A stretch of 64,000 nucleotides of DNA, taken from Marsupella aquatica. Taxonomy: Eukaryota; Plantae; Marchantiophyta. Shown piece by piece: positions 48,596 to 61,766 of this stretch (its first letter is position 1; every line of letters starts with the position of its first letter). Location of the stretch: NCBI GenBank assembly GCA_973895155.1, contig OZ316896.1, positions 19,952,754 through 20,016,753 on the forward strand, written 5' to 3'. The notes under the pieces are model-generated. The model was not told where the DNA came from. It worked only from the letters and a program-made list of their open reading frames with translations, and did not search any database. Both the position numbers and the translations under genes were made by a program.

Positions 48596-50222
48596 TTATA
48601 CAGGTTGCTTCGGTAGCCAATTCGATACGTTTGAATACCTAGTTTCATACATGTGTTCGGATTTAGTGGGCTCAACTTGTATCCTTTCTTTGCTCGGCAG
48701 AGTCAACCAACTCGACATACTAGAGCCGCCTCCTCTTGCAGCTCTCTCTACATCCTCTAATCTTTGGGCCAAAGTGGCAACCTCCTGTCGCAAACCCTGC
48801 AGACATTGGGGCATCAATTCTCCAAATCAGCCTATCAATAAAGCAACAGGAGCCACTTCACATTCATACCATTAAAACTCGTTCCGGTCCAGATTTCTTA
48901 CATTCTGGTACCTACTTCAAAATGCTGAACTCCTTCAAGAGTGAGGGACATTCAGAATTCTAACAGTCATTTGCAAAAGGCACCCAGAGACGAATCAACT
49001 CCCAACGTGAAACGCAATGACGTCGCTGATGCACCTTGCTCTCATCGTCAATGCCAGCAAATCTAAACAGTGAGCACAGATATAGAGAGCAACAAAACCC
49101 ACCTCTACTTCTGCCTTTCGAGCTTCCTCTTTGCGAGCCTCGGATCTTGCACTCCGCTGCACTTCAAAAATCACCACTCCACCTCCGACCTAGCATTAAC
49201 AGGAAAACATTGAATGATCAGTCAGACTGAAAAGGTGCCACATGGTGACCTAAAAGCTTTAGGGTTAGGTTTCGAAGCACACGGCAATGGTATCTAGTCA
49301 ACATGTACTAAACAGGAGGGAAGATCATGGAGTACAGTTTCGTCCTGTGACACCAATGAACGCATGTGAAAATCTCTTTACCGAAAAAATGACGAACTCT
49401 CCAAGAAAATCTGAGGCGGCCTGCACTGCCTTCTCCTCGTCCAGGGGTTTAATCTCCACATTGGTAGCATGACCATATATACGGCGCTGCACGTTCACCT
49501 GAAATTTGTGATTTGCCTGTAGATCAAAATACCATGACGAGAAACCGAGTCAATCACACATTCATAAGTAATCAGCGTTCCCGTTACGGCAAATATTACA
49601 ATCAACCGTCTTTTCTGTTGATCCATTCCAGCGACTCAACGAATTCTATCATTCTGCTCCCACTATCACAGAAGATTGAAAGTTGCGTAACAGGCTTGAG
49701 GGCATCTGATCAACTTTTTGCGAACAAAAGAAGCAAAGGGGACTCGTTCGCAATCGAAACCATACGTCCGAATGCCCTTGGAGATTTTAGGGCATAAATA
49801 AAATCTTTGCTTAGTCTCTACCGCAGAGCTTTCGTATGCTAAGAATCAGTACGAACTGGAAGCGTCAAAAGAAACTTCAGCAACGATTCCACCCACTCTT
49901 CGATACCATACCTACAGTGTCTGAGGACCGAAAGGATCCACGTTCCGAAACCAATAATCCCTAATATGAACCGATGTGACTTGTCTCAAGCAAATTTCTC
50001 GACCAAGCATTTGAGTCAAACAAGATCACGCTGGAATTGCAATCTTCTTCCGCGGAGCAATATTAAATTGAGACAAGTTTCCAAGGCAACAACCTGGGCA
50101 AAGTTGATGATCAACTGGCGAAATCGAGGATGACGAGCTGCTTGAGTCTTGAGCCGAGACGCTAGAGGCTTGCTGAGAGTGCGAAGAACCAGAGTGCCCA
50201 ACTTGGCGACGGGCAGAATCAT
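48596..50222 (-). CDS. OPA3: OPA3-like protein, multi-exon
   Basis: MILPVAKLGTLVLRTLSKPLASRLKTQAARHPRFRQLIINFAQ | ANHKFQVNVQRRIYGHATNVEIKPLDEEKAVQAASDFLGEFVIFS | ..VIFEVQRSARSEARKEEARKAEVE | GLRQEVATLAQRLEDVE; canonical splice sites. Confidence 0.92.
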
Positions 50223-51227
50223 TATGCCTTGATTGCAAAAATGTGATTTCTTACAATGGGAAGCTCTGCCACCACGTGAATTCCGGGATCTAGAGGAGGC
50301 AAGGTATCCTCCTCTGACAAATTCCACAGCCTTGAAGGGCAAAATACAACCTCGTGAAAGTACTGATCCAGCCTCTCACGAATCTTCTACCCTGTTTCTC
50401 AACTCGCGATTACTGTAAAACAAACATTTCAGTTCATGTCTTCCTAGGAGAACTTCAAACACCTCCCAAACCCTGGGCACCACTTTAATTTGAAACGCCC
50501 CACATTCAATCATGCCGGCACTTCGCTCCTCCGGCAATCGACTTGGAAACCTTCTCCTTGACTCCGATCCACCTGTTGCATAATTCAGACTTGAGATAAC
50601 ACTGAGCTCTGATGTGCTATGCCCCTTTCTAAACATTGCCTTTTCACCAGAACCTCCCGGGGCCCTGTTCTCTCCATTCACCGAGCCAAAGGAAGCCCAT
50701 GCATCGATCTGCGAGCTTACACGACCAGAATCACAAATCCATTAGACGACTTTAGCTCACGATAACAAAACAGGGATCGGAGAAGAACGAGCTCGCCTTA
50801 TATTACAGAAACAACACATTGGAGACTAATCCACCCCACTCTGGGAATTGATTGCACACACCCACATCAACTCCTCGAAACGTTTTGGTTGCTCCAAAAA
50901 CTCACCCACAGAATCAAAACCCAAACACACCCTTCCACGGCCTTCCCCAAAAGAGAGCTTCGACGAAATCACTCCTCTGTGCTGCCTGAAGCCAAACTTC
51001 GCCACTAACTCAAATGTACTGTACTGGATGGACATTGAACGTCAATTTGAGTAGAATCGAGAGCCATTTCTACTAAGGTCTTGCTGTAGTGCTGTACGTA
51101 CACTTTTTGCTTTTGCATGAGGGAAACGAAACAAACGAGTCCTACAAATCAATGTCGACCCAGAGGTTTAACCAGCACTCCGGCGACTTCTGGCCCACTC
51201 TTTATCCGTGGCGTCTACGGTAACGCG

Positions 51228-51470
51228 GACGGACCTTCTCCACGACCCTTCTCGGAAACTCATTTTAACCAGGCCAATGACTAAAGAGTTTGGTCTCATT
51301 GTGTCAAGAGCCTAACTGAGTAACTGGAGACGGACCTTCTCCACGACCCTTCTGGGAAACTCATTCAACCAGGCCAATGAATAAAAAGGTTTGGTCTTCT
51401 CCACGAGCCTTCTGGGAAACTCATTCAACCAGGCCAATGAATACAAAGAGGTTTGGTCTCAAGAGCTGAA
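51228..51470. repeat. tandem repeat, ~60-100 bp x3
   Basis: cttctccacgacccttct.ggaaactcatt.aaccaggccaatga...gtttggtct is repeated. Confidence 0.85.
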
Positions 51471-51751
51471 CTGTTGCAAATGCACTCCCCTTTTTCTTTA
51501 GTATGAGCCTTATGCCAGTGTTTTGCACTGTGCAAGGAGGGCAGGCCCAGAGGGATTGGGGGGGGGGGGGGGGGCGGGTGTATTACGGGATAGCGGGAAG
51601 CAAAAATATGATAGGGGTGTACATTTCTTTCATTAATGGTGAGCAAAAATAACTAATCAAATCCAATGGCTGTGGATATTTCCCGTCCAGAAGCTTTTTT
51701 GTATGGGGACGAAGGACGAAAAAAGGCAGGATCTCTTATTATAGTTGTAGA

Positions 51752-52031
51752 CTAGCCTGATCACCTGTCCCTTTCTTTAGTACTGGCCGGAGTACGTGTT
51801 CCTTGAAGGTAAATAGATATGAAGAAAAATAATCTTGCTTAATAAAAAATCTATGCTATTTAAGCTAATCTTTGTCTCATCCTTGTTTTTTGTCCACCTT
51901 CATTTCAGTTTTGTCTATTCTCATCTGAAGATTTTTCACTTTTGTTTGTATTAAGGGTTACGGTCTAGAGGCTTCACTCTAGCCCCTACGGGTCCTTAAG
52001 ATTAGACTTAGTTCGCACTTTCATAGTAAGA
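51752..52031 (-). mobile_element. short non-autonomous Helitron-like element
   Basis: Minus strand: A|TCTTACTA...AAGGGACAGGTGATCAGGCTAG|T (5' TC, 3' CTAG, inserted in AT, no TSD); internal near-palindrome TCTAGAGGCTTCACTCTAG. Confidence 0.62.
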
Positions 52032-54307
52032 TTGTACACTGTATTTTTCAGAATTGTATGCACGGAATTGTATGTGTAGAAAAAACAATTGGAGGCATTT
52101 TTGGGCCCCCACGACAAACCTGAACTGAACGTTCAGCCAATAATGAGGACTTTCTTGACAAAACTGAGCTATTCTATAATGTGAGCAAACAGTGGTTTTG
52201 ATAGCAAGAGTGTTTGACAGCGAGAGTGTTTGATAGCGAGAGTGTTGTTAACTAGTCATTGGTGATTTTAAATTTCTTTTGCCTTTTATTGTGTTTTTTA
52301 AAGATTCCAGATGGCTAGCTATTATTAACTAACCTTCTTGAAAAAGAGCTCCAAAATGAAAAAGACCTCGTGGTTCACCTGGAGAAAAAACTTTGGTTTG
52401 AGGTCCACCAAGCATGTACTATCCTCAATGCCCACGTTTTGCTTCTAAATAGATATGCCCATGTTGAATGTCACTTGTAGCTGCAGCATTTTAGTTTCAC
52501 TCCCAACCACACCTGTTTCGTATGGTCAAGGTGTACCAGCCTAACTTTCAAGGTTTCTTGTTTTTCACTACGGCAGCAAATGCCACCTTGTGTGCAGGAG
52601 AAGATGCTAGGAATATGCTTTATCTAATTTTCCTTGATAAAATTTTGACCATCACATCTCCTGAGATTCAAGGATAAGTGTCATATTCTGGTTAATGGGT
52701 TTGTCAGTGGCTACGTGAGAAACTAGCAAATGGAAGACAAAAAAAACCTGCAGATTTGTGTCAAGCATGGCATTGACATGTCAAGGATGTTAAATCTAGC
52801 AAATTTTTGCCACTGAAAATTGGGTTGGGGTGTACTTCCTTACATTTGCCAATGCTACCCACATACAGATCCAAATAAGTGTGGAGTTTGCTCGACATTA
52901 GTCATCACAGCAAGCATAGCCCAGTGGTAGTGCTCTTCATTGTAGCAAGACACTGGAGTTTTAGGTTCAAGTTTCATAAGTCAACGAGCGTGTGCAGAAA
53001 CCCCTGTCCCAATGTGGGGTAAGTTAACCAAAGCCTTTAGTTTGCACACAAAAGACTTGACAATTAGACAAAATGAAGGTCTCTTATCACCCAACTAGAA
53101 ATGGGCAGCATCTAAGTGTGGGGACCCATGGTTGTAATAAACAAGTTTCCCAAAAACCTTCAACCTCTTGCTTCTAAACTAAATAACCTCTATCATAGTA
53201 CTGATGTACTGATGGTGAGCATTTTTTCTCAAATAGGCAAGTGACTCTCTAGTTGAGGTGAACAATTCAATTGACAAACATGAAATGGATCATGCACAAA
53301 AGTCACTGATCAGAAATAGTTTGTCATTCAAATTGAATGGTGAGTGGTCTGAAGCTTTATCTTCACATGATGTTCAATCAAGTGAAGAGCTAGGACAGCC
53401 CATTTCTGTTTAAACAAGTATGAAGCTTAGCAAGGATGAGAGGTAGGGGACAGGTTACAAGAGGTTAAGTATTGACTGTGACCCTACATTATTACGAATG
53501 ATTCCTGTGAAAACTTTGGGAAGCAATATTATCCCAAATGTCTTCATCTATAACTATAATAAGGGATCCTGTCTTTTCTCGTCCTTCGTCCCAATACAAA
53601 AAGATCCTGGGCGAGAAAGATCCACAACCATTGGATTCGATTGGCTGTTTTCCCTGACCATTGATGGAGGAAATGGGCACCCTGGCACATATGTGCTTCC
53701 CCACGCTGCCCCGGCCCGACTCCCTATGGGACGACCCTCCTTGCGCCGTGCAACGCACGGGCATAGGGCTTGCTATGATAATATTGCTTCCCAGTAGAAG
53801 CATCCCAATCCTGTTCACTATCATAGCCTAGAGCAACCCAGTATTGCTTTGAGATCAATATCTCAATCTAGTTCATAGTCAAAATTTGTCAAGTCTAGTT
53901 GAAGTGGCCAAAGGAAATCTGTCGAATGAGACAAAGATTGCAAACTCTTGTTTTAAATGTCAAATTAAAAATTGTGTATAAGAAAAATATGTGACACTCG
54001 GTTGGTGATAATTAGTATCACATACTATTTACACACTATTTCACAGGTAATGATCATTAACATGATACATATTAACATCACACACACTATATTTGACGGG
54101 TGATGGTAATTAATATAAGCCAGGAGCCTATTCTTGAACATGAATAGACATGATGGCAAAAATCATCATGTCTCCATTACTATATATGTTCATATTTTTT
54201 AGAAACATCATATACCATACTTCTTTCCATGGACATAAATTTGGTGGGCCTAGGGGTTACTGGCTAGAGGCTTCTAAGTTCTGTTCATGTTTTAATAAGA
54301 TACACTA

Positions 54308-54665
54308 CTAGCCCGACTTGACCCCTAAACCCCCCCCCCCCCATCCCATCCCATTTCACCCCCATCCCATTTTCACCCCCACCCCTAATTTGATTATCGC
54401 CCCCTAAGTACTTGAACATGAATAGAGACCACGGCAATAAAAATCATGCAAAAAAATGATGACTATTACTGGTGCATTCACATCTATGTTTTTTTCTACT
54501 ATACTCTTTTGTTTTGTCCTTATTGGGAGTTAGAGTCTAGAGGCTTTGCTCTACACACTAGCCCTCAAAAACTTTTGTTTTGTCTAGTTAGAGTCTAGAG
54601 GCTTCACTCTAGACACTAATCTAGGTAGCCCTCAAAAATAGTTTTACATTCCTTTATTAGTAAGA
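54308..54665 (-). mobile_element. short non-autonomous Helitron-like element
   Basis: Minus strand: A|TCTTACTAATAAAGG...GGGCTAG|T; contains TCTAGAGGCTTCACTCTAGA plus a degenerate second copy and a C-rich tract. Confidence 0.6.
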
Positions 54666-55180
54666 TTAGTACACAGTAAATATGGTTGATTAGAATAGGA
54701 TAATGTCCTGGTTAGAGGGCATTGTGGGATATAATGCCCGTAAATGTACGTAAAAACTTGAGTGACTTTTTGATAACAAACAAGAAAAAGTGAATCCCTG
54801 AAATAGAAAATTCAAATTAAAGGATCATCCAAGAAGTGGTTGCTATAGAATTGACCAAAAATATCCGTTATTTAGTTATATTAGATTCTATTCATAGATG
54901 TTTTGTTAGTATCACCATATAAGATTTGGTTATCATCTTGAGATCTTGACTAAATTTAATTTAATTTTTTTAATGATAAAATTATATTTAATTTTTACTT
55001 TTACTATATTTATGGTGTTTTGTATAATCCCCTCCTCAAAAAAAGGGGTGCATTATGGAGAATTAATGGACTCAAATATACAAAGAGAAAAGTCACGAAA
55101 GTCTTTAATTAAGATTAGTACAGAGTACATACGGCAGAGCCCAATATATATATGGCCACCTAAATTTATTAGTAAGACTA

Positions 55181-55910
55181 TCGTCTTCCCCTGAACACAA
55201 CGCCTGGGCGTTGTGTTCGAAAGTTGAAATTTTTTAGTCTTGGTAAGAAAAAGTAGTTTTAACTCGAACACAACGTCATTTTAACACAACGCCCGGGTGT
55301 TGTGTTCGAATATGGCCTTGTGTTTGAATGTGGCATTGTGTTTGAATATTCAGGGTTGTGTTTCAATTTTTCCTAATCTTGACAGCATTGAGCACAAAAA
55401 GTGCAAATTCATGAATTACAATCAAAGCATAAGCAAAGTAAACAAAAAGCTGTTAATAATCTTCACATCTTGACAACAATGCTAGGAGCAATATTTCCCA
55501 CACATACTCAATTGAAATGGCACTTGACAACTCTGCAAATAGTTACATCCATGTGCAAACCCATAGAAATCAGAGAATGATTTTCTAAGCTGTTTTTTAA
55601 TTTTGCTTCACCAAATTTGGCCAGGGCTGAAATGGTCCGAAAACATTAGCCTTTCATTTCTGCTTACTCCCTAAATTCTATGCCTATCATTCCTGCTTAC
55701 ATCCTAAATTTATCACAATGCCTAAATTTGAACACAACGCCACTATTCAAATACAACGCCACAATTCAAACACAACAACACAAGGTAAAAAAATTCCAAA
55801 ACATAGTGTCAAAATTCAAACACAATGCTCTGGGCGCACTATTCGAATATAACGCCCCATGGCCCACTATTCGAATATAGTGCCTGGGCGCTGTGTTCGG
55901 GGGAAGATGG
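55181..55910. mobile_element. MITE / non-autonomous Tc1-mariner (pogo-like) DNA transposon
   Basis: ~33-bp imperfect TIRs (TCGTCTTCCCCTGAACACAACGCCTGGGCG / GTGCCTGGGCGCTGTGTTCGGGGGAAGATGG), TA on both sides, and multiple subterminal AACACAACGCC-type words in inverted orientation. Confidence 0.85.
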
Positions 55911-56795
55911 TAGTACACAGTCTATAAGACAGAGCCCAAAAAAATATGGCCATCGAAATTAGATATTGTGTGAAAGTAAAGTGTAAAACGAGTGTAAATG
56001 TGTCGGTAAACCCCTAAAACTAAAGTGGAAAGAAGTGAAGGTAAACCCCCAAAGGACCAGAGTCAGTAAAGGAGTAGACTCGAGCGTTTGCTTGCAACCG
56101 AGGTTTCTCCTGTTCTTCCAGTGGAATCGTCTGTTCCTTGCATCAGACGTCGATCCACGCTCGGCTCGCCATCCCTCCTGTCGGTGGAATACTTGCCCGC
56201 GAAGGTGAGAGGTAATCGTTTCCTCTCGCTCCGCTTGCATGTCCAACAGCTGACGCCACTACTGTAGATCTGCTTCTGTTTTTGCACTGTTGGAGCCATT
56301 CTCCTCTCCTCTACTCTACTCTACTCTACTCTTATTCCATTGTATTCGATTATTATATGTTCTGTTGATGTGGAGTGGAAGACGCCGTCGTCTGATCGAA
56401 GAACGGTCACTCTTCACTAGCAGGTTTACTGAATTGGGTCCTTCCTCGATCGTTGCTCCGGCTAGGATGAATCTCCCTGCTCCCGGAACAGATGAATTAG
56501 GGTTTTGAAGATTGCTTTATGGTTGTGCTGCAGAAGGATCCGAATGATTTTGGCTGGTCAGAAGAAGTTGTGCTGTTACGGAGGCGTCTCTCTGGATGGA
56601 CGTACTCTCTTCCTCATGTCTGCGTGGAAATACATCGATAAAGAGGGAGCAAGGCTCAATGTATGTTGATATTGGCGTTGGCCATTAGTGATACCTTCAG
56701 TGGTGGTGGTAACTACAGGGTCGTAGATAGGTTAGCAGAATTATCAGGCGGAACAGGGAGCTCGGATCGATTGCCGGTGTGAACTGGTTTAGAGG

Positions 56796-58270
56796 ATGGG
56801 GCCGAAAGACGATGTGGCGGTGTCGTTCGATGGGACTAGTGCTGGGATTGGTGTTCCACAGCACAGACGGCCTATTCAGCAGCAGCAGCGACCTATGGGC
56901 AGGTCGGTAGGAGGACCTGGTGGCAACGCTGGACTTCAATTCATGTCTTTCGACCTTGGTTCTACTTCATCTGTTCCCCCTCCGCGCGTTTCGTCCTATG
57001 GAGTTGGGGGCGGTGGTGGATTTGGTGCCTTTGAGGATGAGCCACCCTTACTGGAAGGTGGGTCTTGGCGCTCCGTTGGAAACCTACCCTACTTTGAATC
57101 AGTCTCCTTTCATTTCATCCAGCATAATTGGCAGACAGTCTCTAGTTTTGTGGTGGTTCAGCAGATGGGAAGAATGAACTGCATTACAGATTTGGTGGTT
57201 ACCCCACATGTTCACAGGTTGATAATCACCAATGGGATGACTGTCAGAAAGTTAAAATTGGGCTCAACGAGCTGATCGTCTGACCTAGATTTGTGATTCT
57301 ATCAGACGTGAGGTGCTCAGTGAGCTGTCGGTCTTTTTCTATCTTGTTGCTTGACTTGCTCTACAGTGCTGGCCTGGCAGATCGTACATTCTTCTAGGAT
57401 TGCTCCGTCACTATTGAAGGGCTTCCCGAAAAGGGAAACTGCGTATCAAACAACATCTTAATTTTTGGAACTCAAAATTCTGTAACAATACAAATCCGAC
57501 GAAACGTCTTGGATCTGTTCATTTTGTCCAGCATATGGAGATACGGATTTTGACAATTGTTATTTTGACCTGGCAGAACTCGGTATCAACATCAATCAAA
57601 TCATTCGAAAGACAATGACAGTCCTAAACCCATTTCGAATAAATCCAGATTTACACGAGGATGCTGACCTGTCTGGGCCCTTCATCTTTTGCATGTTATT
57701 TGGGTTATGCCAGCTTCTTGGAGGAAAATTTCATTTCGGGATCATCTTGGGCTGGACCTCACTTGCTTCAATATTCTTGTACATAGTATTCAATCTACTA
57801 GCCGGCAGAAACGGCAGTCTCGACCTCTATCGGTGCTTCAGCCTGGTCGGATATTGTCTTCTCCCAATGGTCGTCTTCTCAGCTTTATCTCTATTTCTCC
57901 CCCGCGGGTAGGTCCCTCATTTAACATGTTTCTGTTTCTGATCGCACAATTGTTATGCTCTCCTTTGACAATAGACTCAGATCGATATCTACTGAGCTTT
58001 CTCGCTTCTTTCTTCAATCAGAATCTGTCTGTCTGTACACGAAGGCAATGCTGTCGACAAGCCTCCTTATCAGATGATTTATCTGTTGCCTGTTTTGTGT
58101 GGCGCAGGTTCATTACATTTGTGTTGGCTTCAATTTCAGTCCTTTGGTGCTCAAGAGCCTGCACAAGTCTGTTGGTAGTACTTTTTCCCATGGCCGATGA
58201 GCATCGAACATTGGTGGCTTATCCGTGTTGGCTAATCTACACCGCATTCTCATTACTTGTAGTATTCTAG
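56796..58270 (+). CDS. YIP1: YIP1-family Golgi/ER membrane protein (YIPF5 homolog), 3 exons
   Basis: Exons 56796-57057, 57577-57907, 58108-58270. FEDEPPLLEELGIN...VLNPFRINPDLHEDADLSGP...SLVGYCLLPMV...LVAYPCWLIYTAFSLLVVF*. Confidence 0.94.
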
Positions 58271-61200
58271 GGACTTAGGTGGTTGGCAAAATGCCAACCA
58301 ACCTTTTCTAAGGTACTGAATTTGACTGGTTGTCATTACGTTCAGAAAGCTAGACTCACATGTTTGGTGATGAACTTGTTCTGTTCTAAGGTAGAGTATC
58401 CAGACAGAATGGTCTTCTGTTACCACATTGTTTTGGTGTATGTTAATAGTGAAAGTTGCCTCGATCCTCAATTCCCAGGATGAAGAAATTTTCCTGTCCT
58501 CTTTCAACGTGGAGATCAGAATTGATCAGAGCAGCGCCAAGTGAAATATTTTGTTTTGAATTTGCAAGAAGTATAACTGGCGGTCCAATGGTGTAATCCT
58601 GATAGCTCGGAGGGAGTTTGAGGTACTCTCCTCTATCGAACTTCTCTCTAAAATAGTGTTCGAGCGGTCCAGCTCCACCTTTGACGAAGACGAGTTGGAT
58701 ACTAAAACCCCTTCCACCAGGAAGAATGTGTTTTGACAATGTCTTAGAAAAAGGAGCGCATGGTTCCAAGTACAGTAGGTCTTGAAGTATCTTCCGACCC
58801 AATTTGGTCGCATTTTAACGGATAACTAGATAATGTCGCTATGAATAGCGCATTGGTGTCAAGTACTCATTCGAGGAGTTGGGTGATTGTTCTTGTGGTT
58901 TTGTTGATTAGCACCTTTTACACTAATTAGCTGAAGTACTTAATTGAAATGATTACTGGATTGACTGTCTCATTTATCCCAGGAAGAGTTTATTGTGATG
59001 TGATGAGTAGTTGGAGGAGCTAGGAATTGGATGATGCAGGGTTAAATTGCAGTAGCAATTCAACAGCAGTGGCAGTGGTTTGAAAGTGATCGCCATTGTC
59101 TGTTTTTGCAAGCTATGGAAAGGATGACCTTCGGTGGCAAGGTGTAGCTTTGGAAATTCGGTGTCGTAGTCGGGCATATGATTGAGACAATTGTGGATGG
59201 GTGTTTCTGCTATTCAAGTTTTTGTTGAGGAACCTTCGGTTGTAGGAACCTTGAATTGGATGAGAGAACACAATTGTCTCGTTCTTCGGTAGGCTTGGTT
59301 TGCTTAAACCTCCACAAGCCATGACAAAAATCTGGATCCACCAGGTTTCACTGATGGTCATTTTCCTGAATTCATGGTGCAAACTGGCACAGGAGTGAAT
59401 GGAATATAGAAAACGAAGGATGTGTTGAACACTTCCCTTTGTATATGGCTAGTGGCGGTTTAATAAGGTGACGCACACTCCCTTATGACTAGACTGTAGT
59501 GGCCATGTACCTGAAAGCAGCCTGCAACTCATCAAATATATGGCATACATCTAGGTGGTTTCTCCAGGAGGCACGAATACTCCATTAATGGTGGGATTCT
59601 TATGAAAATATCTGCAGCCCAGGCTTTTAAGGCAGAAGAACTAACTTTGATACAGCTGCGAGATGTGCAGCTCAATCACTAATGCGAAATGTTATTGACA
59701 AGATTTGGTCGAGTTAAGAACTTCACAAGCGATAACAACGTTTTAAGAAAGTAAAGCATTTTGTTTCTAAAAGATAGGCATGGTACAGTCCCACGGTAAC
59801 TGCTTACACTTTAAAGAGGAGCCGAAGCCTGTCGCCTACGTGGACTTTAGAAACTACTAGTTTCAAGATTAGTTGACTGGCCTGCCATCTATATCGCTTT
59901 TGTAGTCAGTATTATTTACACGATATTTCCTTCTACACTACAGTAGTGAGGATCTCTTGTGCCTTTAGTGTTTGGAGGATAAGGAAGTCTGCAGAGATAC
60001 TGGTGTTAAGTGTTGTAAAGAGGTCCTTTAAGCTGAGTAAAATTTCCTGCAGTTATCTTAACATCAGCATTGCAACTGTAGTGGCTGTCATTTTGGCCCA
60101 AGCATAGCAAAATGGTCGTTCGCTACTGCCCTGCATGATCTGCAACTCAGGCATAAAAAGGTGGTATTCACCTCTAGACTCTGGGTTTCCTATGATGAGA
60201 CAGCTTCCAGGGCGAGAACTGAACCAACCAAACTTTCAAGAACTTGGAATTTCCATAACTAGTATGTATAGGAATCAACCAAACTTTCAAGAGCCTTGAA
60301 TTTCCAGAAGTACTAGATGGGGGAATTCTCAGGCTTCATGATAAAATCAAAGCACAATTGTCATGGGACATGAGCCTCAAGTTAGTCTCTAGAGAAAGTT
60401 CAAAATTCTGCTATCCATCGGGTGTGTTTGCAATGTGCAAAGTTACAAAATTTGATCGTTTGCGATTTAGTTTGATATAAACAAATCGAAATTCACCAAT
60501 ACGCCTGGAGAACATAGCAAGGTGGATCGGACTCCGTTGCGCAAATTTCTAATGGTTCTTCTGTGCACAAATTTAGTGGAACACTTTATTTTGGACACCC
60601 TCTAAGGAGGTAAAGTAGGTAATTTTACAGTCCAGGTATGCCGGTGAGCACACCGTCAGAGCGATCGGAAATAGTCCTGGTACCGAGAATGAAGCCCTAT
60701 AGAAACAAAGTCGGCCACCGTTAGATCCGGAATCTCTTCATCCCGGAGACCGAGAACAGTCTCCAGAAGCTACAGGCTCCACTGTTCAGAAAATTGATCC
60801 AGTACGAAGGCATTGAGGCCTTGAGGATATACAATCAATAGCCAAGTCAAGCTAAGATTGTGAACCGGGAGCTCCATTAGGCTGAGGACACTTTCATTTC
60901 CTTCTGCCGAGGAGGCCGATCTGTCATCCTGTTCAATTTAGAGTAGAGTCCAGTCTCAAAGTAGCCTCACAGATCACGAGAAAATCGATCTTGTAATGAT
61001 TAATTTGTAGTACAATTTTTTTTGTATTATAAATTTGCAAGAGGCAAGTGGGCAGATGCAGTTTGAACAAGAGCAATCAAATGAACTCTTGATTCGGAAA
61101 GCAGTCCCTAAACGAATTGGATGGTACATAAAAATTATTCCACCACCCTTCCCGTTCATCATCAACAGCCAGCTTCACATTTCTTGTCAAGTCGTACTCC

Positions 61201-61766
61201 CGGTCAAAAACCAAATATCTGTCACACCTTAACTACAGCGAGTATGTCATTTTTCCTAGTTCTGACGGAGCTGTGAGGTCGAGTTTCAATTTGGCCACGA
61301 CCTGATTACTCCTAGGCTGCCCTAAAACTAGCCACCAATTTTCCGCTTTGGAGTTCACAGCCCGTTGTGCATCTACTGGCCCCAGCGACGCGACTGTCTG
61401 CCATCCAGCTTGCGTTCCTCCAGCAGATACGTCACGTTCATCGAGAACTCCTTTGCTCAGGTCAATAACTAGAAACCGAATGCCTTGCAGACACTACACT
61501 AGCAATTGCAACGAGTTGTTCAGTCGAGCTTCGCAAGTGTCTCATGCTCTCCATATCCTCCATCTATCCTAGATCAAGCACTCTCCTAATGTTTCCCTAG
61601 ATTCTCCTGAAAACTCCATGTCAGCTGTAAGAGCACCCACTATTGGCTTAAAACCAATTACTTCTATTTGCAGCCTAGGTTGGGCTGCCTTAACATTGAG
61701 GGTGATAAAAGGTAAACCAGAACCAATCAAGATCCTTCTGCGGATGAACTGAATATTGCAAGAATT

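Noticed and set aside
51557-51578. Long poly-G run (and the poly-C run near 54330)
   Set aside because: Simple homopolymers with unreliable length and no supporting structure.
58500-61700. Short ORFs between YIP1 and the uL18-like gene
   Set aside because: No recognisable motifs or consistent splice pattern; probably UTR or intergenic sequence.
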